64,000 bases of DNA from Spirochaetaceae bacterium (GTDB lineage: Bacteria; Spirochaetota; Spirochaetia; B11-G9). The stretch is from positions 1,416 to 65,415 of the forward strand of contig DAOWEB010000162.1 in assembly GCA_030638735.1 (NCBI GenBank), given 5' to 3'. This document shows positions 42,201 through 47,293 of this stretch, one piece after another. Each line of letters opens with the position of its first letter. Position 1 is the first letter of the stretch. Both the position numbers and the translations under genes were made by a program. Under the pieces are notes generated by a model. That model saw only the letters and a program-made list of their open reading frames with translations, made no database searches and was not told where the DNA came from.

Positions 42201-45197
42201 AAGCGAACATCCACTGAACCACTTAAATATGGTCAGCAGGAAGTATTTATTACAGATAATCAAAGGGAACATGCCAAACTACAGGTAATGATGTATGCAG
42301 TAATGCTTAAGCTTAATAATAAAGAAATGAAATTTAGGGACCTGATGGTTATGTGGGTTCCTGATGATTGGATGGCAGAACGTGTGGATAATGAAAGGTT
42401 TGTTGAGGTACGTGCTTATTTACGTATGGTAGAATCATTCTTTAATGATAAGAAAGCCTTGAAAGAGGCGGGTATTGATCCAAATATTAAGGATTATATG
42501 CTTGAAAATAGTCCTGATATTTTTAACCCTACACATTATACTGCTAAATCCAGTGATAGTTTAACCAAGGAACTAATCGATAATGAATTTACTCCTGAAG
42601 AGGCATATCGTAGAAAAGTTCTTGAAATGACTATTATACTAAGTCGCTTTAAAGAACAACGTCAGGTGCGTCATGATGAATTACGTGATGATGAATTGGA
42701 AAGACTAAAGGTATTATATGAAGAGATAGCTATTATGCGTTCTGATCCGGGATTACAGATAGATGTTAGTTCATCCCAGGATATAGGAGTATTTACAGAA
42801 TGGTTTGGGAATTACAATGATATCAGCATGGATGTGTTTCAAACATGGGTAAAAATTAGAAATGAAAACTGGAATAAATATACTCAGCAACATGATAGAG
42901 AGGTTAATAAAATAAATGAGCTTCTAAAGCCTATTTATGCTAGATATATGAAGGGGAAAGTGAAATTTACCAGGGGGGGTATAGATAGACTTGCTCTTGT
43001 GAATTATGCTGAGTTATTTTCATTTGCCTTTAAAGAAGTTGAACTTGATGGATATGCCAGAGAACGTTTATTAACAGATGAAGATGAAGAGTGGAATAAT
43101 TTACGTGATGATGAAAAAGCATTCTTAAATTTTGTAAATAATAAATTTCAACAGTGGTACATTGGAGAAAAAGCTTATCTGAATCAGACAGCTACTGAAA
43201 TGGGTGGGAAGAAATATTCATGGCTTGAACTATATAATATAAATCGTTCTGAGGAAAAGAAGATGAAGTATTATGATGGTTGGTTTCCAAAGATAATGAA
43301 AACCCAGGAAGAAGTTAATTACGAACAAGGGGCCCGGGTACTTGGTCAGCAAATAGGGGCAGGAGATATTACAGGAGCAAATATCATTGGTAAATTCAGC
43401 AGGCAATCTATAAGGGGAAGAATTAAACGAGCTTTAACCTGGTACGAAGAAAATACATTTGAAGGTTTTGATGATCGAAGAATGAGTCTTCCTATTAAAT
43501 TCCAAGACAGTCATTATATTTTAAATAGTAGAGATTATTCCAAGAATGTGCTTTTCATGTTTGATAAATTTAATAAGTCTATGCTTCATAAATCTCATAT
43601 GGATAAGGTTTATGCTACAGGACAAGGTTTAAAAGCATATTTACAATTAAAAAAATATGGTAATGGTCAACCTATGTTTGAAAATACTATTCGATTCTTA
43701 GATAAGAAAATGATATCTGATCTTCAAAATGTTACCATTCCTATTAAATATTCCAGCAAACCAATAACTTTTGGTAAAAAGAATATTTCTCCTGATAAAA
43801 TTATAATGCAGCTTATTAATTGGACCAGTGCTACAATAATGTGGTTAAAACCATTTCAAGGTACAGGTAATGGATTACATGCTAAATTACTTACATATAG
43901 AGAGGGATTAAAAGGTACTATAGCAAGTAAATTCTTAAACATAGAAGGTGATGCTATTGATTTTAGAGTTGAAGATAATGCTTTTGCAGATACACAATAT
44001 TTTGGTGATTTTACAAAAGATGCATTATTTGGAGATCTGAATAAAAATAAGATGTGGTTATTAGCTAGAAAATTGAATTATATACCTGATAATTATGATT
44101 ATGCTACAAATAAAAGATTCTTATTATCTACCAGGAATGTTCTTATTAATAGAAGTAATATGTATATGTTTCATAGTAAGCCAGAGGAATATGTATCATT
44201 GACTACAATGACAGCACAATTAAATTATTTAAAAAATCCAGTTACAGGAAAATCATTATGGGATTCATATCAAGTAGAGAAACAAGAAGATGGTACATAT
44301 GATGTTGTTTGGAAAGGTGGTGTCAGAGGATTTGAACGTGAAGGAAAAGGTATTGCTTCGAGAGATATACCAATTACAGAACTTACATCACATGAAATAA
44401 GTAAACTCAAAAGGGTACATGAGAGAATGCAGGGTGGTTATAGAAAAGAAGAAGCTGCTAATATTGAAGTATATGTGATGGGAAAGGCCTTTATACAATT
44501 CAAAAAATATTTACCAAGACTTATTATAAATGCATTATCAAGTAAAAGAGCTGAGGTTTCATTGGGTACATATAGAGAGCTTAGTGAAAAAAGAATATGG
44601 ACAGATCCAGAAACAGGAGAGAAAACAGAACTTGATGTTTATGAATGGATAAGAAGAACAAATGAAGGTCGTTGGCGTACAACTGTTAATTGGATTCTCG
44701 CTTCTACCAATATGAGTAAGAACCGGGAATATAAATGGTCACAACTTGAATCAGAACAGAAACAGAATGTTGTTGATTTTATGCTTGGAATAAGTATATG
44801 GGGATTATTTAGTGCTTTATATGCAGTGATGTTTGCTGATGATGATGATGATGATACATTTAAGAAATGGTGGAGAAATTATATGATATTAAACTTGAGT
44901 CAACAATATAATCCATATGAATTACTTCATACAGTAGAAACAGCAATGCGTCCTGTATCATTCAGTCGTGCTTTTAAAGCTACAGAAGCTATAAGAAATA
45001 TGATGATTGCTACTGGAAATTTAATGATTGGGAATACAGATAAAGCATTAACTACATCAGGAGAATTACAAGGTTGGAATGAATTTATGAGATCAGTACC
45101 CTATTTGGCATCATGGCATGATTTTGCTAATAAGATGAAACATGGTGATACTACAGAAGAATGGTGGACAAGTACTTGGGATTACAAATGGCGATAA
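27261..45197 (+). CDS. giant multidomain virion protein containing a crAss-type (two-barrel, beta-prime-like) RNA polymerase module
   Basis: A 17,937-nt ORF with no stop codon in an AT-rich genome. It contains RIPSSDIHS...GSDFDVD (comparable to the bacterial beta-prime NRAPTLHRLG...NADFDGD), SF1-helicase motifs, two HExxH motifs, a PD-(D/E)xK motif set, and terminal hydrophobic segments. Confidence 0.8.
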   Translation: MAKKNRTWIKLDGQTIMPPTLDENLLPIEETLPLDEDILELNTGRGKQSYFDIDYSKSTSRRLEGTGQPIYDEEGVLAANQSFISKVASGVVSRGTSIFPKIGQNVAHMAGAINYGVDYMFEAAKFLTTEEGTKFEPDVDPAMIWDNQLAETFKIVDDKLLEELPVYKHHYERYGSLKDQMRGTAFWANDLLDGIAFLGMAYVTGAGIGAASKGMLFSKAFLATTKGKQAVQSVKTISATVLNAMGESGFETKDYNDSQRDFISYREYGEAYKQLPEDLQKEIKEQVAPGAARVYRGNLGVLILPNYVQSRFMYGSAGRAAKGVRNAVRSGKMTASDIKVWKEGLKGGGLSALTEGLWEEGMQHSLQTYNERKISSNQDWGDYMNGLANQWVDNWATTEGQKSMMLGALIGLGFGGIGGVGQAMAKKKFISEEEKIWDDLTKILDINNQWYTEHISAPFQKHKNKKTVNGETIEIEGYYDENGEVTTDPEKLRRMFLYMVNNKFLYDEAMAAAVNGDDIHLKAVNNDALARLYYRYATSPGITNLDEVDELLLKRELQVPVELQDEGITQQFTKESLAPFREAYEEAETALMDLDDFTENKDDRFWKDVVQKTLFGEKMKRDFLNDLKLDENISKETSEQIDRLLKDSSQRTKLLLRKDTREKLKKEYQKEISSQEEALLKQKAIFNKEIDTEEERIRAQYEIDEFFDINGKSTPFSTEWIYDYDITYDNALGMSRPFGTKYNYFKELGDQYSKKATIRDELDKTKSGRASISVPLKMAEQAGISGVMFSEEEVLEMETAVGERDKNLSRAEKKVAEREAFNESYPEEITEAFINEQGFPEGRQIPNPAITPEIQAAIDRNSKYLDAYQKRVADQILAKEALNALREMTKANDEKVSRNKIKTHRRFQRKFADYPVKRAINLANTFKSNKSFDDANIVGSTLRELKNRKRIYAMPGRKMMLTTNEFKGYIESVNDVITELEEIRPKVEENFENRKTIDRRSMVNYSRALFSALGIKIEEGIFKIIDSDIYKLISDIIGEDILTSILNDAATIKSEEYNFTGDSIFAEKIIDLVKKSGKKNKLIENIDEKLKILHEQFNKAFEKLPSNDPSGVNTQLSLAGYEHNPFKAIDHIIGILFDRYSTELDEASILDLFMRNKDPLALYEAIINGSDLGYKNITPEELLTILEPHIKITGLTRIKDRLKSKKNIADVIAVEASVAKSKKHAPSNQQLIALREAVFQLEESLSKRHIKYHGWYYIKGLAGTGKTQLMALYFPELIGLTYDNIIALSTHENALKVLQSTLDGVKNTGLAQDITQEQLQNEKIELVIVDEVSKLSSEELGQLADKITEANVKRHENEFKDLKVVVLGDPAQVLNKESESAPINRIVGAILNIKELSPLTTVFRSGNTAIIRAQNMFIDFPGKVKNFIGMASENIGLPAIGVHVSNSVVDLTTQLAIHKKVNKRSRAVVVGNEEQKKQYKQKGVDVFLPHEISSLEYDEVYIDINPKEYDKVRKYNDAMYTSISRAMAYTFIVSYEQGDSWGYETGKIEQEDVDQRAAEVRADYTARLELEVSVLGDELKAAGIKQSQIFNNTPEEEEQVTEKQTDQSDNDGDPVSSKNVDDIGGKFADSEQVKSGQVHELEFPSYDPIKNQGKFEDTKPFVREGSRVKYIHVLNPKTKLHEIHIVAQHINIDGTPLIGDVWSLIGVMSQNEFDNTKIGKKLLLKSAEKKTTDGYLSKGKYGTIKPASTGNHVLAEGVIKKASSLSYIYGDDISRSGIGFIAGLKKKVQEVFKGEKLTFKVKIYTTSDNRLTAGIPYLEIIREHTNQFIRLTGRRMRRDDQHMVAIDKFRSVMKQVEDAGIGKLGDPYVNELLKRFRKNFEVQNEEIVRKEKDGYTYEVYTKEAKERQFPKITEEQFNLLNELSKDYIPSFYKSGEVNKKFDTEQEYKTWLKSGPELDKDNSYEWEEKTGYIKGTSTRNPDQTKYLREMGLKAEDGPLQIRLNVIAKTNPKSSFAITKRISIERNGKITVKYITKAKSIFSEKSTSGVYYQHLLAIYKSIKEEATKEGLEDLMPVKLSDFLKDSKKYTEEDNLTFLEDILLQYKNKAGTTVKGISATEFREEREKHQSDPITMETLDEILSFDENGINNNLYYPLLLPWVNKLGEDLGTNEGELEQVLGSRLKDINRTRIQVELDPGTIDISEEGVPEKAPGKKVKDKVGEGVKKIRRRWDKPDKKRLTPKRAGNDPGEVVTIEQALEMAHRWLPSLKDDKDSLQFVEKMIIDALSGESSYGLYQDQVAYVMSKDGKTFVKPLRHEIFHKIFNEFLTGKEQLAFEKAFKEQFPQYKNKSLEEIEELANEKWHDHTRKPIKGLNKVIMDFFNMLSKVFGFMNMNVKNLDRLFETIESGHFVKSKNDATGIKRKMRDLVKDFGNGTDTFKGALENYKKSKNIILTAVNEIQRDGYQYEEDGKLYPVSISELDFIVRQELENLYKGLLSDLKEYDVGVDILTKAEYLRGNEKKVTYSLALKNFDSLWKSLFQNYKITTPVELRIDESMTEEEIIQEYKEGDNKTNLIDHIRNSDEVNQEDKISLLVKDFLSNISLNDEAYMKWREAYIRTLQVLEGVQLNEDFIIQIDQMVKKLGNNPRVKIVADNLKEMYQEIVRPPKNSKNESLSNTAKFVTEDIFVKDEESVKDIHGKHSAEVLNIIPINRKNKETTIAFIDRISEETEIPVDDVISYFNHNQKLRKFKAINNLLNNQNQKDFFVVERKNESGGLFSISYIPASTYGVRTTIKSQIEEALRNKISNRDELDEFLNKWLDRNRKQLAGNRYTFVKSFLKHIGLGHLAPTLPDVASDELYNSIIGFFDRANKEMGTIKKTEEHLFGVVIKEEFEIGLDYLISKDPKFINLLSTIIGSSSSYMRATNIKTGDGKKRYLWSTSSFMNTVFTHLMNNSSKIYSKVKSVLPKYLEADYFKKNPFISGQSRISAIINNDGIKKISDRSFSESFTSYKNENRKDYITRTFIAGFMDRIRRSKDVDVRYFQWLYPNERTQAVAAEVGVKTKDQVRDYIKIAIEQINESEKFDSIKQTESKRFINMRLLEEALGKRNITTKKLSPKEIDKYTDKVIELLAREADEFAQSVIDNKVPFDSLAGHIGNLRKFLSKEEVNMLKGEDDLVITTANKEYNILKENILPLVELYVMNDYVNSYFLNQLILGDNNQFENEEDVMRRHSLATAPGSIPIVNETFGIKEKVKFVVLGNSIKSIDDIKNRLLPLLTDAEKEKLPALLDKFTDNFDSTDGQGFMTPERFEELENAGFTEDFGINEVLKPVVYSINDNGVVTGLKFSSIVLTDELVEEFPSLGVLRYNLRKKKGVDEAIFASGVKLGMPQATASYPEILTGEYEIMDTMTIDVFNRDYRLQLDPKSKIKSRTTQPSQLIYLMSVLDQNIDRAKRAYNALAKISNLEGETFLSRFKNKKTFRDALSNLLEGRGNERMSDLFKSGISHNFPNITDKLVIQMANRLSDSIVHIKFPGNKLVLQSETGVRKYGKSIIDEGAQKLAYKLDDQGNLVAEVILPSGILPREYEDRIKAAIAQGKDAHDFYDLPDLLGFRIPSSDIHSGVAMKVVGFYSTPDINVVIAPDLLVALHGSDFDVDSLFLINRYHYPKGHENQYEPIGYYKGKNGRWEFNEKKEEFDTREEEIKYYKNTVVHELLDLISNPKNKIDMLSPIPMNPIYKEKDRAEGLTKEQVTFDLSNTNHKLEAHDVIFGAATATGVFGNAAKAFAYLLRTNSKGTMPELKEDVSGIVVNDHEFRKIQLYDGIKEDGENLFTSIDGFINAAIDNIRVLALHSLNITSETIDAFITMRGLGVPLETVDNILLQPSIRDYSKIGSLEKVREHIMYKLGKTDVDTDEIELNDDNLSIKIKKYNSISDIPDGNLKELTFQLRVIEEFAKAKAIGDQISNMSKWLKIARTLPVTKVEIDDSIESAIKLFGEVSVDGKIPDQISSEFPFLIPEFFEKNMHILSFFNKLREVNGLIEQKFLKYSPEFNSHVEKALALFSKISTIREDKGEFMRNELLTYLIANEIYSGEYSLERDVEYQYKIGNDIITITGPKAINQIFIKKIFALTDYMGKQTAKTGKEINNQFLDHISPVYNIITKTYELRFDGGSHLDTDDQLDFQSAFLELNKYEVNYNKKTGAYTVVERKGEIADNNYSNFQKEFVSYGVMNWGLQFGSSNYSSILPGEMYAEVDGLFNEILENATSAASDIFWDNIQDDFAIQFVINHGRRLQDHFFFTGKPVKQGDMYIGNDRIDFYGGRTDSFFYDRSYSNPDGKVHDKYIVTRSFKGGYQAFIRMNGETADTVYYQRIGRVNPFKFYNTSDEVLTKGYIVEDHFGGLTYNHTVNDLNSKMFEYHGSDLKVGDDITFTQHHDVTRVDKAYKKITKIEGTNVTVKDSKITEVKKADLKPKSSIINEKQSVNKASAELITGENGKVYQILDRIINSIPSGIRKKALETLRDEILKRDIKIIRQDLDGSWARFYPDGTVAIDINKIVEEIKDDVVQHTDTAFTHELFHSVTLINYLTDKDFKGKIDSIIKQHFTVDKKGVLRFKNESDFNAVKEVYKRHGFIVKKEDDIYGLTDIIEFMSEIFNDGKFSEAMDAIYESSEQKSALRRIIDAILEFFGWKNSEEFKISDHLLGLVKEQVQRPDLIRVSKDLYKDAAGNYYNLKSINYVDIEVETEPEAKEEVKDKTREKIMNTANNIKEHSEKVHVEKLENGLEGNSYIIKATADRIRRITDRKGGMISFFSNKVIDPLVSWAQNLADMKWQDTEKEHKFRTDEGKMEDYNEFKTRKESELKFGEIKGKIVHLNFVKVANKLFNLRLNNDDITKEINDLASLSENQISPSNYDWVFDPATLQKIFKNAGINVLMEDIPETLKDMAYLPEQIVWNEKLGFGGSVDALIGHADNTWSIIDWKTGRNFGKRTSTEPLKYGQQEVFITDNQREHAKLQVMMYAVMLKLNNKEMKFRDLMVMWVPDDWMAERVDNERFVEVRAYLRMVESFFNDKKALKEAGIDPNIKDYMLENSPDIFNPTHYTAKSSDSLTKELIDNEFTPEEAYRRKVLEMTIILSRFKEQRQVRHDELRDDELERLKVLYEEIAIMRSDPGLQIDVSSSQDIGVFTEWFGNYNDISMDVFQTWVKIRNENWNKYTQQHDREVNKINELLKPIYARYMKGKVKFTRGGIDRLALVNYAELFSFAFKEVELDGYARERLLTDEDEEWNNLRDDEKAFLNFVNNKFQQWYIGEKAYLNQTATEMGGKKYSWLELYNINRSEEKKMKYYDGWFPKIMKTQEEVNYEQGARVLGQQIGAGDITGANIIGKFSRQSIRGRIKRALTWYEENTFEGFDDRRMSLPIKFQDSHYILNSRDYSKNVLFMFDKFNKSMLHKSHMDKVYATGQGLKAYLQLKKYGNGQPMFENTIRFLDKKMISDLQNVTIPIKYSSKPITFGKKNISPDKIIMQLINWTSATIMWLKPFQGTGNGLHAKLLTYREGLKGTIASKFLNIEGDAIDFRVEDNAFADTQYFGDFTKDALFGDLNKNKMWLLARKLNYIPDNYDYATNKRFLLSTRNVLINRSNMYMFHSKPEEYVSLTTMTAQLNYLKNPVTGKSLWDSYQVEKQEDGTYDVVWKGGVRGFEREGKGIASRDIPITELTSHEISKLKRVHERMQGGYRKEEAANIEVYVMGKAFIQFKKYLPRLIINALSSKRAEVSLGTYRELSEKRIWTDPETGEKTELDVYEWIRRTNEGRWRTTVNWILASTNMSKNREYKWSQLESEQKQNVVDFMLGISIWGLFSALYAVMFADDDDDDTFKKWWRNYMILNLSQQYNPYELLHTVETAMRPVSFSRAFKATEAIRNMMIATGNLMIGNTDKALTTSGELQGWNEFMRSVPYLASWHDFANKMKHGDTTEEWWTSTWDYKWR
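30980..31870 (+). other. SF1 (RecD/Dda/UvrD_C_2-like) helicase-type P-loop domain inside the giant ORF
   Basis: Walker A GLAGTGKT (31038-31061), Walker B LVIVDEVS (DE at 31248-31253), motif III VLGDPAQ (about 31363-31377), and the C-terminal MYTSISRAMAYTFIV motif (about 31813-31860). Confidence 0.7.
34203..34217 (+). other. HExxH motif 1 (HEIFH, aa 2315-2319 of the giant ORF)
   Basis: Context is KPLRHEIFHKIFNEF, so the zincin-like motif sits in a predicted helix. Confidence 0.45.
38088..38219 (+). other. beta-prime-type DPBB catalytic segment (R3610...D3649-F-D-V-D3653)
   Basis: FRIPSSDIHSGVAMKVVGFY...VVIAPDLLVALHGSDFDVD parallels E. coli beta-prime NRAPTLHRLGIQAF...AIQLHPLVCAAYNADFDGD in both order and spacing. 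Confidence 0.75.
40965..40979 (+). other. HExxH motif 2 (HELFH, aa 4569-4573 of the giant ORF)
   Basis: Context is DTAFTHELFHSVTLINYL. Confidence 0.45.
41830..42300 (+). other. RecB/Cas4-like PD-(D/E)xK nuclease motif set inside the giant ORF
   Basis: GEIKGKIVHLNF (G..vH), GGSVDALIGH (D4958), WSIIDWKTG (D4972-x-K4974) and LQVMMYAVM (QxxxY), in canonical order and spacing. Confidence 0.65.
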
Positions 45198-45220
45198 AAA
45201 AAGGCCCGTAGGCCCTTCTA
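45198..45220. terminator. GC hairpin at the convergent junction, best suited as terminator of the - strand block
   Basis: ggcc-cgta-ggcc stem-loop (45203-45214). On the - strand the stem extends to 7 bp (aagggcc/ggccttt with one G.U) and runs into a T7 tract. The hairpin fills the whole 23-nt gap between the two stop codons. Confidence 0.55.
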
Positions 45221-45403
45221 TTACAATTCATTTATTATTTGATTTCTATATTTCATATTTTTAGAAACTTTTCTAGCTAATTTTAATTTTCTAGTTTTAA
45301 GTCTTTTAATTCTTGTTTGAATTTCTGTAATTTCTTTTGTTAATTCTATTTCACGTTCTCTTAATTCTATTAATTTATCCCTTATTTGTTGTTCTGTTTT
45401 CAT
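45221..45403 (-). CDS. small basic coiled-coil protein
   Basis: 60 aa with a heptad-like Glu/Lys/Arg pattern. TAATG overlap with the upstream gene. Confidence 0.5.
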   Translation of the reverse strand: MKTEQQIRDKLIELREREIELTKEITEIQTRIKRLKTRKLKLARKVSKNMKYRNQIINEL

Positions 45404-45585
45404 TACAATTCATCTTTATGGATTTCAACAATTTCTTTAACATCACTGGGTTTACCATTTTTATCATAAAATATCATTCCCATTCTAAGAGTGTCACCTG
45501 GTTTAAGATTACCATTGGATAACCATTTTATTAAAGTTCTAAAATAACATTTTGCGTAATTTCTCATTATTATATTATTAAACAT
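45403..45585 (-). CDS. hypothetical small protein
   Basis: 60-aa ATG ORF. An alternative ATG at 45567 lies just after the upstream stop. Confidence 0.5.
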   Translation of the reverse strand: MFNNIIMRNYAKCYFRTLIKWLSNGNLKPGDTLRMGMIFYDKNGKPSDVKEIVEIHKDEL

Positions 45586-45929
45586 TCATCATCAATAGCT
45601 TTTTCTTTCTGATCAAATTCCTCTCTATTTTTAAATATATAGAGGTTTCTATCATTAAAGTATCTGAGTAATTTATTCATATTTGTATGTTCACTGATAA
45701 ATCCATACCAGTATCTATTTAAATAATCAGAGAATACAAGATAATGTAAACCATAACAAGGTTCTAGATTATCTTTTGTTGCAACACGTTTCTTTGGTTT
45801 AAGTCTATAGAAATGTGTAAAGTCTTCAGATAGTTTGAAAGTATCTGGTAGAGAATTAAAATAAGCATTCACATGATCACCATATGGCATCTTTAATCCT
45901 ATTAATGCTATATAAGTTGGTACTTCCAT
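45570..45929 (-). CDS. hypothetical protein
   Basis: 119-aa ATG ORF. TAATG overlap with the HNH gene. Confidence 0.6.
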   Translation of the reverse strand: MEVPTYIALIGLKMPYGDHVNAYFNSLPDTFKLSEDFTHFYRLKPKKRVATKDNLEPCYGLHYLVFSDYLNRYWYGFISEHTNMNKLLRYFNDRNLYIFKNREEFDQKEKAIDDECLII

Positions 45930-46462
45930 TAGAAATTGGTTTTATTATATGTTATTAATTTGTTAATCCATTTAATAAAATCATCATAATCTATTGCTGC
46001 TTTTGCTTTATTACATTGATTACAACACGAAACACAATTTTTTATAGTGTAAGCTTTTAAATTATTCATTCGATCAATACCATTATAAATATATTCACCA
46101 TTTGCTCTATCTGCTTTAATGGACATACTTGGTATTTGTCCACAATAATGACAATTACCTTTTGTAAGAGTTGTAAAATTTTTATCAGATAAATACCAAC
46201 TTATTTTTCTCTTAATTGCTCCTTTTTTATATATACGAAGTATTCTTTTAAATGAAGAAACACCTTTTGGTAATGATCCTGCACAACCGCAACTTTTTAC
46301 ATGCTTACTGGTCAAATGTCCTGATGCTAATAACGTAGTATTACCACATTCACAAATACATTCCCATATGGCATTTCCAGATTTAGTGTATTTACCAGAA
46401 AATTTAACTGCAGTTAGTTTTCCTGATATAATTCCTGTTTGATCTTTTATTTTTCCTTTCAT
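45929..46462 (-). CDS. HNH endonuclease
   Basis: N-terminal WECICECGN...SCGC zinc module and C-terminal CHYCG...NGIDRMNNLKAYTIKNCVSCCNQCNKAK (HNH/HNN core). Confidence 0.75.
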   Translation of the reverse strand: MKGKIKDQTGIISGKLTAVKFSGKYTKSGNAIWECICECGNTTLLASGHLTSKHVKSCGCAGSLPKGVSSFKRILRIYKKGAIKRKISWYLSDKNFTTLTKGNCHYCGQIPSMSIKADRANGEYIYNGIDRMNNLKAYTIKNCVSCCNQCNKAKAAIDYDDFIKWINKLITYNKTNF

Positions 46463-46479
46463 ATAATAAAGATATTAAT

Positions 46480-47277
46480 TTAGAATAAGATAGAACCTCT
46501 TGCGTCCCAAGTTGTATAAAGATGTCCGTCAGCTTGGTAAATCAAAGAACGCATGTGTTCTCCATTTTGACTTTCAACACAATATTCCATGTATGTAAAC
46601 CCTATACCATCGATATCATATACTGTAGAGCCAAACATCAGATCCCGAACCTTTTTAGCTTTTTTATCATGGATTAATTCTTGCAGATCCTGAATGATTA
46701 ATTTATATGCACTTGGCATAGAATTATCTTTAATCCATTTAGCTGTATTTATAGATTTTTCAGAAGTCATAATGGTTTTTGGAATAGTTGGTTGACGAAT
46801 AGTTAGTTGTTGTATTCCAAGTTTTTTACATTCATCTATAAATGCCATCAATCTCCATCCATCAAATTTATTAGTTAACATTACAGCAGCTCTTGTTATA
46901 TAATTTCTATCATTATGATCTATCCAATGTTTAGGTTTAAATTGAATTGGATGATCTATAGAAATAGCAACAACATTAAAATAATAATGATATTTTATTA
47001 ATTCAGCTGAAAAATTAGTTTGAATTTCAAGAGGAAAATCTTTGAACTCTTTAACAACATTTAGAAGTTCTGAATAATTTTGTGTTGGTTCCGCTTTTGC
47101 TGTAATTAAAATATGTGTTATACCTAATCTTTCAGATAATAATCTTACTTTATGAAGGTTGTTTCTAAATAGTTCAGGATCTTCTGTAACACTATAAGTC
47201 ATATTACTTACACAATACGGACAATTGTATTTACAAAATCCACATGGTATTGAAATGGTTAAATTATTTGCTTTCAT
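46480..47277 (-). CDS. radical SAM enzyme of unknown specificity
   Basis: N-terminal C-KYN-C-PY-C (CxxxCxxC) within ISIPCGFCKYNCPYCVS. ILITAKAEPT is a plausible GGE-like SAM motif. 265 aa with no SPASM-type Cys cluster. Confidence 0.7.
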   Translation of the reverse strand: MKANNLTISIPCGFCKYNCPYCVSNMTYSVTEDPELFRNNLHKVRLLSERLGITHILITAKAEPTQNYSELLNVVKEFKDFPLEIQTNFSAELIKYHYYFNVVAISIDHPIQFKPKHWIDHNDRNYITRAAVMLTNKFDGWRLMAFIDECKKLGIQQLTIRQPTIPKTIMTSEKSINTAKWIKDNSMPSAYKLIIQDLQELIHDKKAKKVRDLMFGSTVYDIDGIGFTYMEYCVESQNGEHMRSLIYQADGHLYTTWDARGSILF

Positions 47278-47293
47278 ATTTTTTTATATTTTA

